DNA of 63,769 bases, filler included, from Folioceros fuciformis (lineage: Eukaryota), in assembly GCA_049999805.1 (NCBI GenBank). It is 6 parts of 6 records of this genome, joined end to end, with 100 filler letters (N's around TTAATTAATTAA, not from the genome) between each part and the next. Parts side by side here need not be neighbours in the genome. Positions count along the whole stretch, not along the records: positions 31,330 to 46,520 come from JBNGIO010001856.1; positions 46,621 to 57,260 come from JBNGIO010001859.1; 4 more parts are not named here. One strand, 5' to 3'. The position numbers and the translations under genes are program-made. The notes beneath the pieces were generated by a model. The model made no database searches. It was not told the DNA's origin and saw only the letters and a program-made list of their open reading frames with translations. Numbering within the stretch: position 1 is the first letter of the stretch; each line of letters begins with the position of its first letter. Positions 36,970 through 47,006 of the stretch are shown piece after piece.

Positions 36970-39820
36970 TCAAAGGCTCTCAATGCAGTTTGGAGGAGTA
37001 GAAGGAATTTGACCGGAAATCGAACGGTCTGTTACTGACAGACCGAATCTTTTCTTTTGCATTGTCAGATTTGTCTGGATGTGACGACAGCTTATAACTG
37101 TTTGCTTGCCTTGGGAAGAAGGCTCCAGCAACCTTGTATTTATACCTGCAATCTCTGGCTGCTTCTCTTTCTTGAATCCAACCAAAAAGCTATGCACCAA
37201 TCCATCAATGTCTGTCCACCAGGTCTGTCCTGGCTGCTTCCACGCCTTGCTCCCCATTCTCCTCGCCTGCATCTGCTGAGCCTGCTCCCACAATTGCGCA
37301 TCCGTATTTATAATCGATATCAGCACATATGGTGCGGAATGTTTCGTGTCTATCTTCACCGCTTCATTGAAAGCGTAGCGTCCCATCTCCACGTTGTTCC
37401 ACTTTCGACAAGCATTCAGAAGAGCGTCCCAACTGAAGCATTAGGCCGTACGGGCATGCCCTTCACGAAAGCTAGTGACTCATCCAGTAGGCCTGCACGA
37501 CCGAGGAGATCCACCATGCAAGGGTAGTGCTCCACTGAGGGAGTGATGTCGTAGTACATCCACATAACCTCGAAATACTCGCGCACTATGCTCACCATGC
37601 AAGGGTAGTGCTCCACTGAGGGAGTGATGTCGTAGTACATCCACATAACCTCGAAATACTCGCGCACTATGCTCACCAGACCCGCATGACTACACACAGT
37701 CAGTACAGAAAGGAATGTACCAGCTTCTACCATTTGGTGAAACAACTGAAGCACGGTTTCACTATCCCCTTGACGGGTGTAGCCTGCAATCAACGCGTTC
37801 CACGTGACGACATCTTTCTCGAGCAACGCCTCAAAAACCTGCAGCGAGTCGACCATGCTCCCCGACTTGCCATACATGTTTATCAAACTGTTGCCGACTA
37901 CTACCTCACCTTGAAGCCCTTGTTCTTTGATCTGGGTATGAAGCTGCCTTCCCAGATGCAAAGCTGCCACATTTGCACATGCCTCCAGGAGGCACACAAA
38001 TGTCACAAAATCAGGCGTCACGACCCCATGGTCTTGCATGACCTTGTAGAGCCGAAGGGCCTCCTCACCCATGCGCTGCTGAGAATACCCTGCTATCATG
38101 GCATTCCATGTAACCACGTTCTTTTGTCCAAGGCCATCAAACACGGCCTCAGCATCCTCCAGGCTACAGCACTTGGCATACATGTTTACCAGACTGCTGG
38201 ATACAAACACATCAGCTTCAAGTCCTCGTTCTCTAATTTGAGCATGAATCTGCCTCCCCTGCTCCAAAGGCGGAATCCCCACACTTGCACATGCCTGGAG
38301 GAGGCAAACGAGTGTGGTAGAATCGCGTACTGCCATGCCATTTTCTTGCATATCTCTGTGGAGGCTAAGGGCGTCCTGTCCCATGCCCCTCTGGGAGTAC
38401 CCTGCTATCAGAGCACCCCACGTCCCCTCATCTTTTCGACCAAGTCCGTCAAACATTTGTCGACCTTCTTTTAAGCTGCCAAACTTTGCATACCCAGAAA
38501 TCATAGCATTCCATGCCGCTAAGTTCTTCTGACCACCAAGACCGTCATACTCTTCGAGCGTCTTCCAAGCTGACACACTTGGCATACATGTTGACAAGGC
38601 TACAACCTACAGCAACATCGACTATGAGTCCTTGCTCCCCGATCTGTGAATGCAACTGTTTCCCCTTCTCCAAAGCTGGGGTGCCCAGACTTGTGCACAC
38701 CAGTAAGAGAGAGAGAAACGTCACAGAATCGGGCACAGCTATGCCTTCGTCTTGCATAGCATCCTAAAGCTGCAGAGCTTGCCGACCCATCCCCTGCTGA
38801 GCATATCCTGCGGTGAGAGCTGTCCAAGTTACCACATCTTTTTCACCAAGTCCATCAAATACTCTCCGAGCATCTTCCAGGCTCCCGCATTTCACATACA
38901 TATTCACCAAGCTATTGGCGACAATTGCATGACCTTCCAACCTTCCTCCTCTAATCCGTGCATGCACTTGCTTCCCTTCCTCCAAAGCTGTGGCCCCAAC
39001 ACTTGCACAAGCCTGCAAGAGGCACACCCAAGTCACAGAATCCGGCAAAGCCCCACCTTCCTGTTCCTGCATGGTGCTGTACACACAGGGCTTCCCGCCC
39101 CATGCCCTGCTGCGAATAACCCGCGATCATAGCATTCCAAGTCACTACATCCTTCACAACAAGCCCGTCAAACACCCTCCGAGCCTCTTCCAAGCTGCCA
39201 CACTTACCATACATGTCCACCAAGCAGTTCCAAACATTCGAATGCACCTCAACCCCACTCGCCAACACATCGGCATGCACTGTCCTCCCAGCCTTCAAAT
39301 CCACCCCCCTCCCACAAGCCTGCAGGGCTGCCACAAAAACATGCCCATCTGTCTTCACACCCGACAGTCGAATCCGCCGATATAACTCCACAGCCTCCCT
39401 TACCTCCCCGTGCTGGACAAGTGCAGACATCATAGAAGACCACATAAACACGCTTGGCCTCCCAACCATAGAAAACACATCCATAGCCTCCTGCAGCCAC
39501 CCTCGGGCAGCGTACATCCGCAATACATGGTTGCACAGGAACGCATCCGTCTCATACCCTACCGCCACAGCCAAAGCATGCACCCTCCGGCCCAGGATCA
39601 AATTCTTCTTTGCCCCACAATATCTCAACACACAATAGAACAAATCCTGCCCACCACAACCTCCACGCACAAGCACCCCCAGGCCTTCAACAGCCTCCTC
39701 CAGCAGTCCCTCCAGACACAATTTCCTCAGTCTCAGCCGTCACACTTCCAGCGTCCAGAAGGACGCGCTGCCCCCACAGCCTTCCCGATGGCATCTTGCT
39801 TTATTGATCTCCGCCGGCAT
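36970..39820 (-). pseudogene. Decayed PLS-class PPR RNA-editing factor with E/E+ region and WW-type PG box; DYW domain lost
   Basis: P-L-S repeats (LVNMYAKCGSLEDARRVFD, DVVTWNAMIAGY) are spread over several frames. In-frame stops at ~39740 and ~38764, frameshifts near 39085, 38547 and 37416, a short deletion near 37720 and an 81-bp duplication. KAWKQPGQTWWTDIDGLVHSF lies near 37200-37250. No HxE...CxxC motif was found downstream. Confidence 0.88.
37512..37678. repeat. Perfect 81-bp (27-codon) tandem duplication inside the PPR pseudogene
   Basis: Copies at 37512-37592 and 37593-37673, translating to VSIVREYFEVMWMYYDITPSVEHYPCM twice. Confidence 0.95.
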
Positions 39821-39922
39821 TTCGGGCCAGCAAATGCGATCGAAATAATGGAACAAGAGAAAACAGGAGGCGCTGAACCCACCTCCAAAACCCTAAAATG
39901 CATAATCCTAGACGACAATTTG

Positions 39923-41173
39923 CTACACTCTGCTACCTTCCTCCCGTGACATCTCTTTCACCTCCTTCCCGAAGAACCGCTGGCACCGCCCGACCAGCGG
40001 CTGAAGCTGCGCGACCTTGTCATAGAGCCCGAGCAGGCCGCCCGTGTGCCAAAAGAGCACGTTCCGCCCCTTCCACACCTCGGGCTCCCGCGCCATGTCC
40101 CGCAGCAGCGCGATGAGCGCCTTCCCGCTGTAAACAGGATCCAGGATCACACCAGTGGCCTCCGCCACGGACTTCACAGCCTCCAGTTCCTCCCGCGTGC
40201 TCACAGCGTACCCCAGCCCCTTGGCGTCCACCACTCTCACCACGTCCCGGGCCTTGAGCTCGGATCCCAGCCCGGAGATGAGGCCCTGCACATAGTCATA
40301 GAAATAGTCCGGGGAGTCACAGACGGCATAGGCGTGCACCTTGGCCTGCAAGCTCCCGAGGCGGCATCCCACGGCGGCCCCGGCCGTGGTGCCCCCACTC
40401 CCGCATGCCATCACCACGTCGTGGAAGCTCGACACCCCGGGGACTTCTCCATGTTCCAGCTGCGCCTCCAGCTCCCGCACCGCCTCCAGGTACCCCCAGG
40501 ACCCCAGGGAGTTGGACCCCCCGACCGGAACCAGGTACGGCTTCCTCCCCTCCGCTCTGAGTCTGGCCGCCAGCCGCTCCCCCAGCGCGACGCTGCCGTG
40601 GGCCTGGTACTCCTCCTTGGAAACCAGTTTCAGATTCGCCCCTACCAGACGCTCCACAAGCAGGTTACCCTGCAGCCCGGGGTCCTGCTCCAGCAACGCC
40701 TGGCTGGTCCGGAGGATGAGGTAGCTGTCAAGGCCCAGATAGCGGGCCGCCACGGCCGTGGCGCGGCAATGGTTGCTCTGGATTCCGCCAATGGTGATGA
40801 CGCAATCCGCACCCTGGGCCTTGGCATCCGCCAACAGGAACTCCAGCTTCCGGACCTTGTTGCCGCTCAGCTGGAGGCCGGTGAGGTCGTCGCGCTTGAT
40901 CCAGACCTGAGTGCCCTCGGGGAGCGAAGGCAGATCCCAGCGGTGCACAGGGGTCGGGAGATGGCCTAGTCCTGTCCAGTGCGACGGCAGGGGATGCAGC
41001 CCTTCCGCCCAGCTGGGAGGGCTGTAGGGCGCTGTCTCCAGCATCCCCGGTCTCCGGCCGCTGCTGTCCTTCATGCTCGGCGCGGCCATTGATGCCGCCC
41101 CTCCTCCCGCTGCGCCTGCTGCCCTGACCGAGCAATGAAGAAGCCCTCCGCAGCCGCCTGCGGCCCTCAGCAT
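39923..41173 (-). CDS. DCD: D-cysteine desulfhydrase (PLP, ACC-deaminase family), intronless
   Basis: IKRDDLTGLQLSGNKVRKLEFL (PLP Lys), GGIQSNHCRATA, ACGSGGT, DPVYSGKA and HTGG (Ser/Thr pair of desulfhydrases, where ACC deaminases have Glu/Leu). N-terminal transit-like peptide. Confidence 0.94.
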   Translation of the reverse strand: MLRAAGGCGGLLHCSVRAAGAAGGGAASMAAPSMKDSSGRRPGMLETAPYSPPSWAEGLHPLPSHWTGLGHLPTPVHRWDLPSLPEGTQVWIKRDDLTGLQLSGNKVRKLEFLLADAKAQGADCVITIGGIQSNHCRATAVAARYLGLDSYLILRTSQALLEQDPGLQGNLLVERLVGANLKLVSKEEYQAHGSVALGERLAARLRAEGRKPYLVPVGGSNSLGSWGYLEAVRELEAQLEHGEVPGVSSFHDVVMACGSGGTTAGAAVGCRLGSLQAKVHAYAVCDSPDYFYDYVQGLISGLGSELKARDVVRVVDAKGLGYAVSTREELEAVKSVAEATGVILDPVYSGKALIALLRDMAREPEVWKGRNVLFWHTGGLLGLYDKVAQLQPLVGRCQRFFGKEVKEMSREEGSRV

Positions 41174-41447
41174 GCCGCAGATTTCCTGGAGGATTCACGC
41201 GAATGGAGTTCTCGATGGAGCTTAACGCAACTGGGACTTCCTTGACCTGGTTGGTTGCAGTCCTCACGAAGAGACTTTGTCCCTGATGAAATCACCGATG
41301 CATGGCATGCTGTCAGCTCAAGAAAACGCGAATCATGCATACTCTCGACAGTAAGGTGAGGGACATACCTCCAGGCTGCCCGTCTCTAAGGATTTCCTAC
41401 TCGGGATTCCGAGCGGCTGTTGCCGAACCGCACACGACGGGACCAGG

Positions 41448-44400
41448 CTACCCCGCCGGAGCGTGTAAGCTGCTGTTGAAGTCCTGCAACTCCTTCGTCA
41501 CCGCATCTTTGTTCATTCTCTGAGCCTGCACGGTACAAGGCGCGAGGTGCGTGTGACTGGGGAGCTGGATTGACAAACCATTCCGGCCAGCCGCATGATT
41601 GTGGGCAATCACGAATACCTGTAAGATGAGCTGCTCCACGAAGTTCGATTTGTCCACAGGAAAATCTGAGATCGAAAGAAGCTCGAAAAGCTGCACAGAT
41701 GGCATTACAGGAAGCGTGTCACACAACTCTGCAAGCAGAAGCGCAAGTGACGGGGGTATGGTGACGGAAGAAGTGAGCAGTGGGATATACTGTCGGAGAA
41801 TTAAGACACGCACCTTTTGGGTGTCGCCCGCCTTTGTTCGTCCCAGGACTCGTATCACGTCCACGAGAAACGCTGCAACTTCCCCTTGATCCTTCACTGT
41901 ACTCTGAGGACTAACAACAACCCGTCTTCTTTTCCGAAATCGCATTGCGTCATCCACAGTCAAAGCTGGACCTGCTGGGGTGGAGCCAGGGCTGTCCTCT
42001 TCCAAACCACCTCCAGGCCTCTGTGGCTGACCAGAGGTGGCGAGAGAGCCTTGCCTAGCTTCTGCATTTGCTATGATATTTCTGATATCCTCCAGGGGCT
42101 CCGGAGGCGTGGCCTCATTCCCATTCATTGCAATTCGAGTATGGTCAATCCTCGCTTCTCTTGGGAATGATATACCTGGTGCCTCAGACATTCTTACGTC
42201 GACAGCCTGACCTTTAGGCTTTGAAGAGTCTGCAGAAATAGCAGACTTGTCAACCTCAGTGAGAAGTGCTTGAGAATCAGACGGGGGCCTTGTGTGGGAG
42301 ACAACTTCGGTGTTGACCGACGCACCTTCAGATGTACTATCACCGGGAGAAGCCATACCCGTAGCAGTCGATGCACCAGATGTGGCTGGAGACTCTGCCT
42401 TTCTCCGACGTCTTAAATTACGGAATGGAGGTCGACCTGTACCATCTAGCCATGCCTCATCTGCACCATCCTTGTCTTGCCGGTAGGGGTTGCCAAACAT
42501 GGACCGCTTATTTCTGTCTTGATCTTCGGCCTTCAGAGCAATCATAACGTAATCAGGATTCCAAACAGTGCAGCAAAGGTTTGCCAAACTAAAATACGTA
42601 GCAACGGTTGTATAGCAATGCAAGAAAACAAAAACCATGCTGCATTAAGCAGTCCCTTACAAATGGATTCCTTGGTGATTGTGATTGACTCTTCATCATT
42701 GCCTCGTTGAAATCTCCCATCTGCCGCGGGTCCAAGATAAGTTGAAAATAAAACCGGGTGGAGTTAAATTCTTTCACTCCTCGGAAGTTTCAAAAATCAG
42801 AAACAAGCAGTCAAAGAAACACTACCTTCTCTATCGGCAGAGTATGGCGGGCATCATCTTCTTCCTGGGCCACAAGCCGAGCTGCAAGGAGGGTCATGGG
42901 TGAGCCTTTTCCCTTGACACCGTCTTTCCCCACCTTGCGACCCTGCATTGCATCCAAAGCCATAGCCACTCGCAATGGGAAGAACCGCAACTGTCTGCAA
43001 ACAGAGAAGGCCACCTCTTTTAGATGCAGGTGGCAATAGAATCTCTACCAAAGAACGAGAACAGTTCCTCTGGACTGTGCACATCTAAGAAGTTCCATCA
43101 CATCGGTCCCGGTAACATGCATGACCATGTGCCATAGAGATAAGCATGAAATGACGCCAAAAAGAAACAGCCGTTATCCTAGTGCCTCCAGAAAACGAAA
43201 CAATCCACGGGAGCGAATAGGAGAACCTTATGAGCTTATCTCGAGGCACATCAAAGGGATTCTTGAACAACGGTGATTCTTTCATAGGTCCTGTGCTTCC
43301 CCCTGTTAGATCATTGCCTGCCAGAAAGGTGGCATAACCTCAGACTGGATCACAAAGCACAATGACATCATATGACGACCAACCCTTGCACCGCACCTGC
43401 TAAAGGCGATCCACCGCTCAAAGAGGGTCCTGCGGGAATCAGCCCCTCTCCACCTTTGCGAACTTGAAAGTGATCTCCATGACCAATACCACAAATTGTA
43501 GATACACTGCCCCAACTGCTGGTTGTAGAGTTGCTTGTTGCACCTGCAAAGTTGGCCCCGCTGTTGAAGCCTGGAGGAGCTTCTGCATTTGGTGAAGCAG
43601 ATGAATTAGCCTGAAGTGGACGCCGCCCTCGAGGACCTGGCTTTAAGGCATTGGGACCTATGTTCTGCTGATCATTCTGCATCAGAGCCACGATAAAGGT
43701 GGAGATGTAGCAACAACAGGAGAGGCAGGCTCCATTGAATCGACAGATGAGACAAACAGCCAGTTGAGAAAAACAGCCAAACAGCAACAAAGCATCCAGC
43801 ACCCTATGCAGAAGATTACCAGAATACGAGACATTTCAACACTCAGTTCCTCACATGCCTGAGCTTTGAGTCGTTCTAATTGCGTTCCAATAGAATTGTA
43901 GAATACATTATCCATCGAGTCAGGAACAAAATGCGATTGGATACCCAAACGCTTCAAGGCTTTTCTAAGAGGATTTCCATAATACGGAGGGATGCTTTGA
44001 CAGTATCTTTCCATTTCTTGACGCCATTGAGGAAGGGGAGTATGCTTGGCCGATCCAGCAGGCATTTTCCCAACTTGATCTAGGAGCTGCCACAGAACCT
44101 GCAACGAATCCAGGTCCAAAACACAGAATGCTCAGTGGATCCTCTAGCTCATACTAAGCCTTTCTTCCCTATCTTGCCACCAAACTGTGGAGTAAAAAGG
44201 AGGGCAGAGCTCACAGGGTAGTTGTAGGGTAGAACAATCAGCGTAAGGATGCTGCCCTGCCGATTGAGTCGGAGATATCTGCATTATATCATGACCACAG
44301 AGGAAAGCCTCCACATCAAACAATCCCCTGGTTCAAAAACGGCAGCATTTCCTCCCAGCAAGGACTGTACATCCTCACCCGAAAGGATCTCCGTAGCTGT

Positions 44401-46436
44401 TTGGGCCTTTGCTATTTCGTATAAATACTTGCCAACATACACCTGGTGGTGCCTTCAGGAGAAAGCCGACAATTGGGTTTGCTTCAATCTGTACCACACT
44501 AGGAAACTCAGTCTTCAGAGGCTGTGCTGGTACAGAGTCAGCACCTAATCCTTCATGAGCATAAAGTCAACCCGTCTCACACATTTGGAAGGCACTAAGC
44601 ACAAAGTTCAAGATCTGGCTCCAAAGCTCCATTCATTCATCACGAGTACCTCATATTTGTCATAGATGAAGTTGGCTGGAATGTAAGGATCGGCATCGAT
44701 TGCTTTGTAGGAAATAACCGGTTGTGACTCTCGAGGTGGAAGGCAAGGATGTCCAGCATCCCATAAGTAAGGCTCCGGAATTGGCCAGTGCCCTTGGCCT
44801 CCTGCCTGACCTCCTCGTATAAACATCATTTTTCGCTGGCAAGCATTATGGACCTACGCCATCAGAAACAAACAGCATTCTCATACTATTTGCCACTGGT
44901 TTGTGGTCTTGAATCTATGACACCATGGAAGCTCCAAATCTGAATTCAATCGTGAAAAACTAGCATCATTTCCTCGCAAAGGCACTGGGCGTACCATGGG
45001 CAGAAGATGCAAAATTGGTTCGAAGGAGACAATCACACAAGGCGGCAACCGGCTAGCAGTGAGCTCTGTGTGATGTATGAGGGCCTTCAAGCTTGTAGCG
45101 ACAAAGCACTTACCTCTGCAAGACTCGCAAGGAAACCAGTTAGACCCTGGGGACAAAGAACTGGTCACAGAGACCTGCAGACACACATTTCACCAAACTC
45201 ACCCTGTGAACTCACAAAAGGCTGATATGTTGCTATCCATAGCGACAGCAGACACGGAGCCTGATATTGGTGCATTTTGAGGAATAGGACCACTCCTCTC
45301 CAACACCGCTGCACTGACTGAAGGTATCCTATATCAAGATGCCGTGACCCATTAGACCAGAGTTCAGATGTCACGTCGGTGCACCAATGACTATATACAT
45401 ACTGAAATAGCAAGCAGCAATTAGCACTACAGAGCAATGAAAATACACCTTAGTACTGTCGCGAAAACGCGTTGATCCCAACGAAAAGGCTGCATAGACA
45501 GATCTGCACCCACTGGCACTGGGCCACTAGGCAAGAGCGTCTGAGCAACACCTGACTACATTGCAAGGAGAAACAAACATCAGGTGCGAATCAGGTCACA
45601 CGACAAAGACAAGAACCGTGAATCGAAAAAAAAGCCATGAGGACCTCGTACCAGGGTAGTCAGTTCGGTGCCATCTGTCAAGAGCATTATCGTAGTCGGG
45701 TCTACTGAACAGGGATTTCGCCCTTGACCTACACCACACGGCAACAAAGCTAATTCATCGACTTCCCTTTCAAACTCCGGCAGCAGCACCCTTACCCGAC
45801 ACAGCATACATACCAAACTTATCAATGTCTGCGGCCAGTCGCTGCAGATGAAGAAAAGCAAAGATCCTTTGCATAGAAGCGCCAATGTTGGTGAGATCAC
45901 GAGCCTTGACACTTTTCAGGGCCCGCAAGAAGTGCGTGTAGGGGAACTTGTCTAGAACCTGGCAAACCAGCATGGGCCACACCAATTCAGCTGCAGGCAA
46001 TTGAGGTCAAGCAGGCACCTGAATCCCACGAGCTCCGCACCTTAATAACATCAGGACCCTCCTCGCATGTAACCAGCATGTACCTGCCACGTCAAGCCAC
46101 GGCAGAGCTGTTCAGACAAACTTCCACATTCCCGCTTCCCCGAAACAGAAACCCTGACCAAAATCCCTCTCCCAAGCACGCCACAGCTACCTGTCACTTC
46201 GATTGGCAGTATCCCGCAAGCGAACCTGTAACACAAACCGAGCGCGCGTGTGAGCCACACCGTCCAAACTCCGGAGGAGTCATGCCCCTGCACCCATTTT
46301 TGCCATTCACGCATGCACCCAAAATCACCTTGAGGAACTGCTCGACCGCGCTTTTGGCCGAGTCGAGCAGCGTGAGGCCATTGGCGCAGCGCTGGTTCAT
46401 CGACGCGCTGGTGTCCAGCAGAAACACGATCAACAT
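41448..46436 (-). CDS. INTS6: Integrator complex subunit 6 homolog (VWA + INTS6 core + C-terminal helical domain), many exons
   Basis: MLIVFLLDTSASMNQR...LLDSAKSAVEQFLKVRLRDTANRSDRYMLVT, DKFGQGRNP...IMLLTDG, PFRWDQR, GHWPIPE, DKYE, PYNYP, IPPYY, HTLPIEKMGDF, MFGNPY...ADEA, and C-terminal helices ending AQRMNKDAVTKELQDF. Confidence 0.9.
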
Positions 46437-46520
46437 GATGAAGTGTCCGCCGGAGTCCGTTGCTCCCTTCAAGACCACCACTGGCTAAGCCAAGACGCCA
46501 TGAGTGCAGGCTCGTTCAGG

Positions 46521-46620
46521 NNNNNNNNNNNNNNNNNNNNNNNNNNNNNNNNNNNNNNNNNNNNTTAATTAATTAANNNNNNNNNNNNNNNNNNNNNNNN
46601 NNNNNNNNNNNNNNNNNNNN
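46521..46620. other. Artificial contig-join linker
   Basis: N44-TTAATTAATTAA-N44. Confidence 0.97.
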
Positions 46621-47006
46621 ACTGTACTTCATAATTTCGAATTGGCGCGAAGCGGCGTCTCCACAACCCTGTCGGCGTGGTTAGTACCGAAGTACTACGA
46701 AACCGCCGACTGGAGCTCGAAACCCGTGCCGACTCCGGCTCTCACACGTGTGAGGGAAAGCGTGAGGGCCCACCGGAAGGGGAAGCTAGTGATGGGGTCC
46801 ACGCACATCACAGGAGTGTGTGTTCCGATACGACATGCTGGATGTGGTGCCACAGTTGGAAAAGGCAAAGCGAGGTAGCGGGCGGGAGAGGAGAAGGCCA
46901 CGAAAGGGAGGTTTGTTGTTGTTGCTCTGCCTTGTCGTTTGTTATGTAGAACTCGGGCTGGCCGGAGAGGAGAAGCAAGCGCGGCAGCAGCAGCAGGAGC
47001 TGCGCG

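Noticed and set aside
13470-41173. Iron/sulfur 'gene cluster' (transferrin-like, GILT, ISD11, D-cysteine desulfhydrase)
   Set aside because: The genes are interspersed with unrelated housekeeping genes, act in different compartments and span an artificial linker.
39923-41173. ACC deaminase or recent bacterial horizontal transfer
   Set aside because: Diagnostic residues are Ser/Thr (YSGK, HTGG) and the N-terminus is plant-type.
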